Source: an uncultured Gammaproteobacteria bacterium
Lineage (GTDB): Bacteria > Patescibacteriota > Patescibacteriia > UBA11705 > DATKZF01
Assembly (NCBI GenBank): GCA_964411255.1
Contig: CAYPKD010000006.1
Coordinates: forward strand, 67,097 to 131,096
Length of the DNA stretch: 64,000 nt
Reading direction: 5' to 3'
Shown: positions 1-8,598 of the stretch, in pieces
Layout: the number at the start of each line of letters is the position of its first letter
Position numbering within the stretch: the stretch's first letter is position 1
Translations under genes and position numbers: made by a program
The notes under the pieces: generated by a model
What the model saw: the letters and a program-made list of their open reading frames with translations, nothing else
Databases searched by the model: none
Told to the model about the DNA's origin: nothing

Positions 1-1782
1 CATATCAGCTTCCTCTTTTTCTTTTTTTACCTCTTCTTGCCTTGCTACAACTCTTTCCTGGACTTCTTTTTGCTGGCCAGAGCGCTTAAGGTCAAGAGCA
101 AGATTGTCAAATTCTGCTAACGGATATACATCTTCTTCTGTTTCAATGTATACGCCAGCCACTTCATCTCCGTCGCGGGTAAAAACCAGTTCAGAAGAGA
201 GCTGAGACATGCCACTCAGAGCATGCTGCTGGCCTTCAAGCAGCAGGAAGTAAACTGTATTATCACCGGTCATTTCCGTTGACACTCTTCGCACCCTGCC
301 CTTGAACGATCGGCGTTCTTTGCCCGTAGTCGGCGCGATCAGCTGACCAGCAAGGCCGGTCTTGTTCTGAAGATTACGCAGAGCAATGTGCTGATCATCA
401 CCGATGTAGAGCTCATTGGTTTCAGCATCGACCATGGCAACAGACTTGAAAGTACCGTTCTGACCCAACACTGTGGATACCCACACCTTTCGGCCATAGA
501 AATTGTACAGAATCGGGTCTGAACCAGTCCAATTCTTATAAGCAATTTCATTATTGATAACTTTCAAAACCGCCTGTTCATTCAAACCAGAGGTCTTAAA
601 ATACATAACAGCGCCGGTTCGAGAATGAAGATACATCAGGCCGACAAGCGCCTCGTCCTTTGAGCTTGAAGAAGTGATGCCTGTAAACCAATACGGCTCA
701 CCATCACTGCCATATACGAACATGACAGCATCAGCCACATCATTCATTGGAGTAGGATCAACCAGGCCTTTCTTGCCCCACCAGGAATTCCACCAGCCTT
801 GGCCGTATTTACCCCATTTGGCCATGTACTCCCGGGCAAAAGACTTAGGTACTGCCCGGTCAATCCACTCAGGGATCTCGTCCTTTGGATGGAATGTAGT
901 TTCTCCGTTTATCGGATCAACCACAGCCACACCAGTAATTTTTTCTCCGCTAAAGCCGATTGTTGGTTCGAAAACTGACACCACCCACCAGCCTTTACCA
1001 TCTTCATCTACTTCAAATGAGTATTCGGTCAAGCCTTTACTCATGTATCCATTACTCCAGAGATAGCGCTGCAGGTTATCCCAAAAATACGCACCTGGAG
1101 TATAGACATATTTTTGATCAGATACCAGTTCGACCGGACGTTTTGGATCTTCGGCATGAACCTTGACATAGCCAGGAACAAATCCCTCAGATGTCCAGAT
1201 AGAAAATCCATTATAGTCAAGCGGTACAACCCACCAAAGTTCGCCATTGATCTTCTGACGGGTCATATAGTCGTAAGCAACCTTATACTGGCTGCCCAAG
1301 GCCTGCTCAGCATCTCCGAGCTGTTTATCAGCCATGAACTGGGCCAGCTGCCGAGGAACAATCATAATATGAGCAGGATCAGCCTGCTGCATATCTGTTG
1401 TCCATTCACTGGTTTTCACATCACCAATCAGTCCATGGTAATCACCAGACCGAAAAGCAGGGCAACCAACAAAGTATGCCACCACAAAAGACACGATTCC
1501 AACAAGTGGCATAGCAATAGTCCAGTTGGTTTTCCAGTCCTGTCCAAACCCTTTTAGATCTAAGCATGAAATTATTGACGAAATTGTCACATTGAACACT
1601 ACTGCTCCGCCAATCCAGCCGAAAAGCATCCAGACAGTGGATGGACAGAACACATAGAAACAAAACCACCATAAAAGTAGAGAAATTACTCCAAAAACAA
1701 CAGAACCCACCTGCATTTTTTTGTAAATTAATGGAATAAGTCCAATAATTGTAACTGCTAGAGCCAAAAGAAGTGCATACAT
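1..1782 (-). CDS. Partial CDS for a membrane-anchored, Trp-rich protein of unknown function. The N-terminus is in the window (ATG at 1782) and the C-terminus lies beyond the left edge.
   Basis: I translated the minus frame whose codons end at position 1. It is open for about 594 codons with no stop, and the sequence is plausibly protein-like: 2-3 N-terminal TM helices (MYALLLALAVTIIGLIPLIY...) followed by a large W/G-rich soluble domain. I spot-checked codons at 600-660 and 1200-1260. A GGAGA sequence sits 7 nt upstream of the ATG at 1782. The ORF is absent from the supplied track, presumably because it has no in-window stop. The other five frames carry only short, mutually overlapping ORFs. 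Confidence 0.6.
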   Translation of the reverse strand, partial: MYALLLALAVTIIGLIPLIYKKMQVGSVVFGVISLLLWWFCFYVFCPSTVWMLFGWIGGAVVFNVTISSIISCLDLKGFGQDWKTNWTIAMPLVGIVSFVVAYFVGCPAFRSGDYHGLIGDVKTSEWTTDMQQADPAHIMIVPRQLAQFMADKQLGDAEQALGSQYKVAYDYMTRQKINGELWWVVPLDYNGFSIWTSEGFVPGYVKVHAEDPKRPVELVSDQKYVYTPGAYFWDNLQRYLWSNGYMSKGLTEYSFEVDEDGKGWWVVSVFEPTIGFSGEKITGVAVVDPINGETTFHPKDEIPEWIDRAVPKSFAREYMAKWGKYGQGWWNSWWGKKGLVDPTPMNDVADAVMFVYGSDGEPYWFTGITSSSSKDEALVGLMYLHSRTGAVMYFKTSGLNEQAVLKVINNEIAYKNWTGSDPILYNFYGRKVWVSTVLGQNGTFKSVAMVDAETNELYIGDDQHIALRNLQNKTGLAGQLIAPTTGKERRSFKGRVRRVSTEMTGDNTVYFLLLEGQQHALSGMSQLSSELVFTRDGDEVAGVYIETEEDVYPLAEFDNLALDLKRSGQQKEVQERVVARQEEVKKEKEEADM

Positions 1783-2005
1783 GTGCTGTCTCCTCTTTCC
1801 CTTTGTCAGGGATTGTTTGTCAAAAAACACTGCAAATCATAATATTATAGTCCTTTTAACTCAATTTGTCAACATGCATCCTAAATCCTAAAATCTTTGA
1901 TCCTGAATCTTATATCCTAATTACAAATTACTGATTACTGATCTTGTAATCTCCTACAAGTTGTCTTTTGCAAAACAATCTTATACTAAAAAACTGAGTA
2001 AGGTG

Positions 2006-2683
2006 TTACCCAGCTTGATGCCATAATTTACATTTATCAGCAGGAAATTCAAATACGTGAATCAATCTCCCGCTTTTGAAGTCACGCTTATAATAAGCGT
2101 CTTCTGATTTTTCCCATAGATTAAATGTTTCAATAAAACCCCTAATTAACCTTTCTGAAATGCCGAAATCAGTAGATACTTGGAGCTGCCACATGCCCTC
2201 TTTGTCTATATTTTCCGGCGAAACATCAAGTAGCATTGACCAATCTGGTTTGACAAAAGCTGGTAAAAGATCTATCTCAAACTTAACTTCATAAAACATC
2301 CCCTCTCTGGTATTTTCATCTACAGTAACAATTTCATAATCCTCTGTATCATTTCCAATGCTTTGCTCTTTCGCAACTGGAAAATATTTTTCAAGTTCAT
2401 CTGGAGAACCAAATAATTGCAATACTAAATAATTCTTTTGAGCTTTGGTTGTTCTTTTGGTTACCCAATCCCAATTTAGGAATGAGAAACCAACAAAACT
2501 AAAGCCCAATACAGCTAAAAATATCCTACCTGAAAGTATCAGATCCAGTCCCAATATGATACTGGCAAATGTTACAACAGCTAATGCAAAACGGAGCAGG
2601 ATTATATTTTTCTTTTTGAATGCGAAAAGCTCAATCCCTCCACCGATTAGGATAATGATGATGTACAGGTATGATGCAGACAT
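2006..2683 (-). CDS. Hypothetical multi-pass membrane protein.
   Basis: The track ORF is 2006..2713 and starts on TTG. An internal ATG at 2683 is preceded by GGGAGG 5 nt upstream, so I place the start there. The product has several hydrophobic helices and no recognisable family. Confidence 0.55.
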   Translation of the reverse strand: MSASYLYIIIILIGGGIELFAFKKKNIILLRFALAVVTFASIILGLDLILSGRIFLAVLGFSFVGFSFLNWDWVTKRTTKAQKNYLVLQLFGSPDELEKYFPVAKEQSIGNDTEDYEIVTVDENTREGMFYEVKFEIDLLPAFVKPDWSMLLDVSPENIDKEGMWQLQVSTDFGISERLIRGFIETFNLWEKSEDAYYKRDFKSGRLIHVFEFPADKCKLWHQAG

Positions 2684-2842
2684 TATTAGCCTCCCATGAT
2701 CTCCCCCTTTCAAATATGAGTTAAGGTGATGACAAGGCTAAAATATCTATGTAATCTACAAGATTTATAAAATTTTGTCAAATTCGCCCAGAGGCGCGGC
2801 TTCGTGTAGGGACAGAACAATGTTCTGTCCTATAAAAAAGTT

Positions 2843-2864
2843 AAAAAACAGGGCCTGCGCCCTG
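2843..2864 (-). terminator. Intrinsic terminator for the helicase gene.
   Basis: The hairpin is cagggc-ctgc-gccctg. On the minus strand it is followed by a T6 run (plus-strand A6 at 2843-2848), just downstream of the helicase stop at 2895. Confidence 0.55.
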
Positions 2865-2894
2865 TTCCAATACGAATTCGCGCCTCTGCGCCTC

Positions 2895-4892
2895 CTAATC
2901 ATAATAAATAACCTCATCATCCTCTTTTTCTCCAAAATATGTATTAAAATAATCATCACCGCCAACGGTTACATACAAGGATGGATCAACTTCACGCAAA
3001 AACATTGACGGTTTATTTACAATTTCTCCATATTCATAACTGATCGTTTTGATCGGAAAAGTCATGGCCAGCTCTTCTTTTGCTCTGGTAACTGCCACAT
3101 AAAAAAGCCTGCGCTCTTCTTCAAGCTGCGACTTGTCTTCCATTGACTTATGATGGGGAAAAGCGCCGTCGCTCAGGCCAATAATTATTACATATGGCCA
3201 TTCAAGACCTTTTGCCTGATGAATGGTGGATAATACAATTTCATCTTTATCTTCTTCTTCCTGACCACGATAACCTTCGCTTAACATAATATCTGCCAAA
3301 AGCGTTTCCAAACTATCATAAGTAATTACAAAATTCATCAACTGCCTGATATCATCAATTCGGTCTCTATAATTGTCAAAAGTATTCTGTGCATATTCTT
3401 TATAATCTACATCCAAAACATGTTTAATCATTTTAGAAATATTTCCTTTTTTATCATCTTGAATTTTGATCAATTCCCGAAAAATATGATTTAAATCACT
3501 CCAACTGGCATCAGCTCTGGCGCTAACTTGGATTTTTATTTCTAAAGATTCACGAAGCGAATTATATTTCATGATTTTTTTCCAAATTTTTTCAGCACTG
3601 GCCGGACCAATACCTTCTCTCATTTTTAAAAGACGCTTCCATGAAATTTCATCTCGAAAATTTTCTAGAATTTTCAAATATGAAACAATATCCTTTACAT
3701 GAGCTTGTTCAAAATATCTTAATCCGCCGCGAACAACATAAGGAATATTTTGCTTGCTTAACTCAAGCTGCAGTTCTGCTGACTGATAAGTCGATCGAAA
3801 TAAAACAGCAATATCTCTCAAATCATTGCCTTTATCATGTATTTCAATAATTCTATTTACTACCATTCCTGCCTGCTGATAAGCATCCCTGGCCGGGATT
3901 AACATTGGCAAAATACCGTCATCCTTATGGGTATTCAAAACTTTTTCATACTGGTCCTTATTATTTTTAATACTTTCATTTGCCAAATCTAAAATTTGCG
4001 GTGTGCAGCGATAATTGGTTTCCAGTTTATAAATTTTCGTATTTTCAAATTTCTTTGGAAAATTTAGAATATTTTTAATATCAGCTGCTCTAAATGAATA
4101 AATACTTTGAGAATCATCTCCCACAACCAAAACATTGTTATGATAACTGGCCAATTGATGAATTATTTCTGCTTGGATATGATTTGTATCCTGATATTCA
4201 TCAACCAGAATATATTCAAATTGTTTGGACAATCTTTCTCTGACTTCTGGAAAATTCTTCAGCAATTCAAACCATTTATTTAAAAGATCATCAAAGTCCA
4301 TCAAATTTGCCGTTTTCTTTTTTTCCTGATAACTGGCCGCTACTTCATCAATTTTATGGCTAATATTCTCTGGATACCCATAATTAATTTCAGCTATTTC
4401 CAAAACTGATTTGTGAGTATTAAAAGCATATGAAATTAATTTGTGAACCAATTCTGCTTTTGGAAAATCATGGCCTTTTGTTTTTATGCCAAAGTCTGCG
4501 TAGACAGATTTTAACAAAGAAATGCTGTCTTCCTGGTCTAAAATATTAAAATTCCTTTCATAACCAAGCTTGTCAGCATATTTTCTTAAAGTAATATTTC
4601 CAATATGATGAAAAGTACCCGCCCAAAACTTTTTTGGCTCAAATCCTAAAAGTTTTTTAATCCTGTCAGTCATTTCATTTGCTGCTTTATTTGTAAATGT
4701 AACTAATAAAATATTTTCCGGACTTACTCCTTTTTCAATTAAATAAGCAACCCGATACACCAATGTCCGGGTTTTTCCACTGCCAGCGCCTGCCAAGACT
4801 AAACTAGGCCCTTTGGCTTCAGTTACTACCGTAAATTGTTCTTGATTTAATTCTTTTGCAAAATCAATCATAATCAAAGTATAAAATACCAA
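2895..4892 (-). CDS. uvrD: ATP-dependent DNA helicase of the UvrD/PcrA/Rep family.
   Basis: Walker A GAGSGKT is present, along with VVGDDSQSIYSFRAAD and TNYRCTP, the typical SF1 UvrD motifs. The product is about 650 aa. The start is probably the internal MIDFAKELNQEQ. Confidence 0.9.
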   Translation of the reverse strand: MVFYTLIMIDFAKELNQEQFTVVTEAKGPSLVLAGAGSGKTRTLVYRVAYLIEKGVSPENILLVTFTNKAANEMTDRIKKLLGFEPKKFWAGTFHHIGNITLRKYADKLGYERNFNILDQEDSISLLKSVYADFGIKTKGHDFPKAELVHKLISYAFNTHKSVLEIAEINYGYPENISHKIDEVAASYQEKKKTANLMDFDDLLNKWFELLKNFPEVRERLSKQFEYILVDEYQDTNHIQAEIIHQLASYHNNVLVVGDDSQSIYSFRAADIKNILNFPKKFENTKIYKLETNYRCTPQILDLANESIKNNKDQYEKVLNTHKDDGILPMLIPARDAYQQAGMVVNRIIEIHDKGNDLRDIAVLFRSTYQSAELQLELSKQNIPYVVRGGLRYFEQAHVKDIVSYLKILENFRDEISWKRLLKMREGIGPASAEKIWKKIMKYNSLRESLEIKIQVSARADASWSDLNHIFRELIKIQDDKKGNISKMIKHVLDVDYKEYAQNTFDNYRDRIDDIRQLMNFVITYDSLETLLADIMLSEGYRGQEEEDKDEIVLSTIHQAKGLEWPYVIIIGLSDGAFPHHKSMEDKSQLEEERRLFYVAVTRAKEELAMTFPIKTISYEYGEIVNKPSMFLREVDPSLYVTVGGDDYFNTYFGEKEDDEVIYYD

Positions 4893-5019
4893 TTACAACC
4901 ATATTACCACGCAAATATAATAATTCCAATAATAATCTTTACTGTATTCTTGACATTTTTATTATATAATATATAATTAATTCTGCTCTTGTGGTTCCAA
5001 AAAAGGAGGAGGGGAACAA

Positions 5020-5232
5020 GTGCCGCAACAAATCCAAACTTATCCTGAAGGCAGAAGATGCACTATATGTAATATGCGTTTAAGTATTTATAATAAGCAA
5101 GATATATGCTATTCTCATCAGGAAGGTAAAACCATTACTATTTCTGACCAAAGCAGCCATCCAGTATCAAGATCCACTGGACCAGGATCTCCAACTATTC
5201 GGTCTTCAATACAATTTGACGGCTGGTTCTAG
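5020..5232 (+). CDS. Small zinc-ribbon-like protein.
   Basis: The start codon is GTG, preceded by a strong RBS (AAGGAGGAGGGG). The pattern C-x2-C ... C-x2-H suggests a zinc ribbon. The product is 70 aa. Confidence 0.45.
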   Translation: MPQQIQTYPEGRRCTICNMRLSIYNKQDICYSHQEGKTITISDQSSHPVSRSTGPGSPTIRSSIQFDGWF

Positions 5233-5329
5233 TGAACTATTAAGATCATTTTCTTAATAGTTTTTTAATACAAAGTTTAGCCAGTTATGCTTGTTATTTT
5301 TATCAACGCTTATATTCGCTTATAGCAAC

Positions 5330-5600
5330 GGGGGTCTGGGGGGCTGATTGCCCCCTGCACGATATTTGGACTCAATCACTGCTTCGCATTTGAAGCCCCC
5401 CAGCGGTTTTTGGTTACTTTTTGGCCGCTAAAAAGTAACTTGGCGCAAGCCAACATTGGAAAAGACAAAGCAGGCTTTGGCCTGCATTGGTAAAGATGAT
5501 ATTTAAATTTACTAGGGCTATGCCATTAAACGCCAGCTAGACGAAACTTCAGTGCAGGATGGTACACCCCAGCTGACGCTGAGAGTTTTTTATCTTAATA
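5330..5600. ncRNA. Candidate structured non-coding RNA of unknown class.
   Basis: This is a GC-rich non-coding stretch of about 270 nt in an AT-rich genome. It has multiple hairpins, some with GNRA loops (ttggc-GCAA-gccaa and gcaggc-tttg-gcctgc). Long-range complementarity exists between ctgggggg and ccccccag, and between ctgcac and gtgcag. No ORF of 60 aa or more is present. Its 50-nt core motif is repeated at 6800-6850. Confidence 0.3.
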
Positions 5601-5623
5601 AAAAACAGACTTAATTAAGTCTG
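5600..5623 (-). terminator. Intrinsic terminator overlapping the stop of the 5615..5887 gene.
   Basis: A perfect palindrome (cagacttaattaagtctg) is followed by a T6 run on the minus strand. Confidence 0.55.
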
Positions 5624-5887
5624 CTTATCACTATCAATTCCAAAATCTACTGGAATTACTTTTTTGTTTAACAATCCTGATACATCTTTTGGGCTGCAAT
5701 CAATTCTTCGACCGCAAACAGTAGTAAATGTACTATTTTTTTTCATATGAAATCTATCAGAAAACACTAACCCATCTTCTCTAACAGTTGCTTCGTCTTC
5801 AAAAACAAACAAAGTCTCAGTCGGCAGCTCAGCATAGGTCAATTCATTATCTGCCACAGTTCCCCTCCTCTGTATCATCTGTGACAC
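5615..5887 (-). CDS. Small hypothetical protein. The start is probably a GTG near 5863.
   Basis: The ORF is about 80-90 aa. An AGGAGGGGAAC sequence lies 1-2 nt before a GTG, and the same 11-mer precedes the GTG start of the 5020 gene. Confidence 0.4.
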   Translation of the reverse strand: MSQMIQRRGTVADNELTYAELPTETLFVFEDEATVREDGLVFSDRFHMKKNSTFTTVCGRRIDCSPKDVSGLLNKKVIPVDFGIDSDKQT

Positions 5888-5979
5888 AGCTGAAACATTT
5901 TTATACTAATATTTTTTTCAAAATCTGTCAAGCAATAAACAAAAATCCTCGTCTATATTAATAACGAGGATATATTATG

Positions 5980-6507
5980 TCAGAAGGATATTGGAATACG
6001 ATACCTTGGCTGATGATCGTGTTCGATCGGTTGTAGATGGGATGCTTTGAGGAGACTCAACACAAGATCTTCATATGGAAATTCCAGAATTGGAGTAGTG
6101 GTCACCACTTTGATCACTTTGATCTTAGGTATTTGAGTGTTCTTTGGTTTTGGACGGATCTTTCCTCTATTTCTGCGCATTTGCTCAAACGAAGGCTTTT
6201 CTCTTTTGCCTTCATCCAAAAGACTGGGCACGTCTACTTGTAAATTTTCCACCCTTACGTCCAGTTCTTCAATGCTTTCTGCATTATCTTTGAAACGGAA
6301 ATCACTTGCCAGAAGACATATAACCGTATAACGTGCTCTACCATCAGAGTCATGATATTTTTGTGTCGTTGGGATAAATCCATTCAGACATCCCTTAAAA
6401 TTATAGACTGAAGGCGCTGCTACATATTCCAGCGGCTTTTTTTGCTCTTGTGCAGAGCATGAAATCATCATGTAAACTGCAAAAAAACATGCTACTAATA
6501 CTCTCAT
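5980..6507 (-). CDS. Secreted lipoprotein of unknown function.
   Basis: A GGAGG RBS is present. The signal peptide has a lipobox-like ISC motif (MRVLVACFFAVYMMISCSAQ). The product is 175 aa. Confidence 0.7.
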   Translation of the reverse strand: MRVLVACFFAVYMMISCSAQEQKKPLEYVAAPSVYNFKGCLNGFIPTTQKYHDSDGRARYTVICLLASDFRFKDNAESIEELDVRVENLQVDVPSLLDEGKREKPSFEQMRRNRGKIRPKPKNTQIPKIKVIKVVTTTPILEFPYEDLVLSLLKASHLQPIEHDHQPRYRIPISF

Positions 6508-6644
6508 TATGCCCTCCTCTGGATTAGATTATTTGCCCCTGTCAGTCCCACATCTGAATACAATATCATAACAGAAAAAACACTACATGTCAATATTAAA
6601 CAAAAAAACGCCTTTCAGCGCTCAACTTTAATCTTTCAACTATA

Positions 6645-6685
6645 TCGAAAACTCACATCCGCAATAATTCTGCCTGTGAAAAAAG
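6645..6685. repeat. About 40-nt duplicate of the 3' end of queH; the second copy is 6913-6953.
   Basis: The sequence gaaaactcacatccRcaataattctgcctgtgaaaa occurs twice, about 268 nt apart. Confidence 0.7.
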
Positions 6686-6799
6686 TAAATATTGAAAAAT
6701 TTGTCGATCATTCATATCATCAGGTTTGGGGTGGTCACTAAGCGTCATGGCAAGAACATAACTCGTATTATTTGCAATAGCGCATTGGCCACCCCAGAA

Positions 6800-6850
6800 C
6801 TTTTTGGTTACTTTTTGGTTACAAAAAGTAACTCGCCGTAAGGCGAAATT
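6800..6850 (+). repeat. Second copy of the structured motif tttttggttactttttgg...aaaaagtaac...GNRA hairpin; the first copy is at 5405-5445.
   Basis: About 50 nt are shared with the 5405-5445 region, including a ttactttttgg / aaaaagtaa stem. A hairpin follows with a GNRA loop (cgcc-GTAA-ggcg here, ttggc-GCAA-gccaa in the first copy). Confidence 0.5.
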
Positions 6851-6865
6851 GAATAAAAATAAAAT

Positions 6866-6884
6866 CAGGCCCCAGGCCTGTTTT
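6866..6884 (+). terminator. Plus-strand hairpin followed by a T run.
   Basis: The stem is caggcc-cca-ggcctg followed by tttt. This implies that a plus-strand transcript ends here, possibly a small RNA containing the 6800-6850 motif. Confidence 0.35.
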
Positions 6885-6902
6885 GTATAATTATTTTTTT
6901 TA

Positions 6903-7439
6903 TTAATCCCGTATTGAAAACTCACATCCACAATAATTCTGCCTGTGAAAATGTTCTTTTTCACACAACTGGCAAGACTTTTTAAACCCTTCTCCTTTTC
7001 TCCAAACATTATCAATAAATTCTAATCCATACATCTGTGCCATTTCATGCCCAATCTCATTTATCATTTCTGCAGGCTTATGCGGACTGATTGTTAAAGT
7101 GGTGGCAATGGCGTTAAAATTTTTTTCCTGCGCCACCTGCGCAGTTTCAGAAAGCCTTAAAGTAAAATCTACTTCGCATCTTTTTCCTTTTTCTGGTTCC
7201 TTTTCAAGTCCCTTTACTTTTTCCAGCCAGCCCTCATGATCATATTCACCTTCAATCAATTTAATTTTATATTTTTCACAATATCTTTTAACTTCATTAA
7301 AACGCAATTCATATTCTTCTTTTGGAAAAATATTTGGATTATAAAAAAATGAGACTACTTCATAGCCCATTTGTTTTAGCTGTTCAATAACATAGCCCCC
7401 GCAAGGTGCGCAGCAGGTATGAAGTAAAACTTTTTTCAT
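6903..7439 (-). CDS. queH: Epoxyqueuosine reductase QueH (DUF208 family).
   Basis: The HTCCAPC motif and the later C-rich cluster (CQLCEKEHFHRQNYCGCEF) are typical of DUF208/QueH. The product is 178 aa. Confidence 0.6.
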   Translation of the reverse strand: MKKVLLHTCCAPCGGYVIEQLKQMGYEVVSFFYNPNIFPKEEYELRFNEVKRYCEKYKIKLIEGEYDHEGWLEKVKGLEKEPEKGKRCEVDFTLRLSETAQVAQEKNFNAIATTLTISPHKPAEMINEIGHEMAQMYGLEFIDNVWRKGEGFKKSCQLCEKEHFHRQNYCGCEFSIRD

Positions 7440-7442
7440 AAC

Positions 7443-7790
7443 TTATTCCTCTTCCTTTTTCAAAAGCCAACCTGTCAAAGTCGTTACCACTGTATATAAC
7501 AGCGCGCCCAAAACTGCAATCCAAAATCCGCTGACTTCAAATCCTTTGATAAAGGTGGATACAAACCAAAACATCAATCCATTCACAACCAAATTAAACA
7601 ATCCTAAAGTTAAAATTGTAATTGGCAAGGTCAAAAGCTTTATCAAGCCGCCTAATGCTGCATTTACAATACCAAGAACCACAACTAAAATCAAGGCAAT
7701 GTAAAGCCGGTCTACTTCAATGCCTGGCACTAAATAGGCAATGCCCAATAGACCGAGAGCATTTATTAACCATCGCAATATCAGATACAT
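7443..7790 (-). CDS. Phage-holin-4_2 / DUF360 family membrane protein.
   Basis: The product is 115 aa with 4 TM helices. The stretch LINALGLLGIAYLVPGIEVD...LTLPITILTLGLFNLVVNGLMFW matches the family pattern. Confidence 0.75.
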   Translation of the reverse strand: MYLILRWLINALGLLGIAYLVPGIEVDRLYIALILVVVLGIVNAALGGLIKLLTLPITILTLGLFNLVVNGLMFWFVSTFIKGFEVSGFWIAVLGALLYTVVTTLTGWLLKKEEE

Positions 7791-7799
7791 ATTTTTTAA

Positions 7800-7972
7800 A
7801 ATTAATAATTAATGATTTCTAATGTTTAATTTTCCGTAATATCCGTAACATTCCGTAAATCCGTCACCTCAATCCCCTTATTTTCGTAGCATTCGTAGAT
7901 CTTTCGTAGTCTTCTATAATTCCGTATCCCCTTTCCGTAGCTTCCGTAAATTTCTGTAGGTCCGTATCCCCC
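7800..7972. repeat. Array of about 11 heptamers T(C/T)CGTA(A/G/T), spaced 9-13 nt, between two minus-strand genes.
   Basis: Read directly from the sequence: ttccgtaa x3, ttcgtag x3, then tccgtat, tccgtag, tccgtaa, tctgtag and tccgtat. The array lies upstream of the DUF360 gene. Confidence 0.6.
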
Positions 7973-8500
7973 TCACATCTTACTCTTTATCGCCTTAGTC
8001 AAATTTTTCCAAAAACGAACATCATCCAAACTCTCAAAAAAAGTTTCAACATGTTCTCTTATTATTTTTTCGTTTGCTCTGTAAATTAATTTTGCCATCC
8101 AGTAATAAACAATCAGCAATAAAATAATTAAATATAGAATCCCCCAAAACCATTTGTTCATAATCGTCCAATATGCCACATATACTTTAGCTGTTTGAGA
8201 ATAATACCTGCCATAATAATCCACTGCAGTTAATTTTACAATATAATCCCCTTTTTCAAATGTTCTAATAAATTCCCTCTGCGTTGTTTTATAACCATCG
8301 CTAAACTCCCAGATATAACTCATGTCTCCAGGTTCTAAATTATTCAGTCTTGGTTCAAAATTATATGTATTCCAATCAAGCTGATGAACTCGTAAATACA
8401 CATCTCCAACAGGTAATGCATTTTCAAACGCAAAGATTACAAAAGGCAGGCTTATCACAACCAAAAGAACAAGGAAAATAATTTTATTTTTATAAATCAT
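7973..8500 (-). CDS. Membrane protein with a PKD-like domain.
   Basis: There is an N-terminal TM helix. The stretch IWEFSDGYKTT...DYIVKLTAVDYYG resembles the PKD WxFGDG signature. A second TM helix follows. Confidence 0.45.
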   Translation of the reverse strand: MIYKNKIIFLVLLVVISLPFVIFAFENALPVGDVYLRVHQLDWNTYNFEPRLNNLEPGDMSYIWEFSDGYKTTQREFIRTFEKGDYIVKLTAVDYYGRYYSQTAKVYVAYWTIMNKWFWGILYLIILLLIVYYWMAKLIYRANEKIIREHVETFFESLDDVRFWKNLTKAIKSKM

Positions 8501-8510
8501 GTTTTTTTGT

Positions 8511-8598
8511 TTTTCTGTTTCTATGTCTCTCTGTTTCTATGTCTCTCTGTTTCTTTGTTTCTTTGTTTCTCTGTTTCTTTGTTTTTCTGTTTTTATGT
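8511..8598. repeat. Tandem 8-nt repeat (TTTCTNTG)x~11, reading CANAGAAA on the coding (minus) strand, directly upstream of the 7973..8500 start codon.
   Basis: The units are visible by eye. There are no spacers. Confidence 0.8.

Noticed and set aside
5330-5600. tmRNA (ssrA), because the region contains GGGGCTGATT, which matches the tmRNA 5' end.
   Set aside because: There is no tRNA-like 3' half: no GGTTCGA T-loop, no CCA, and no acceptor pairing of CAGCCCC type. I also found no RNase P or SRP signature motifs.
6653-7015. Supplied ORF 6653..7015 (-) of 120 aa.
   Set aside because: It overlaps the 3' end of queH and the duplicated fragment and structured motif. It has no RBS, and its composition is driven by intergenic repeats.
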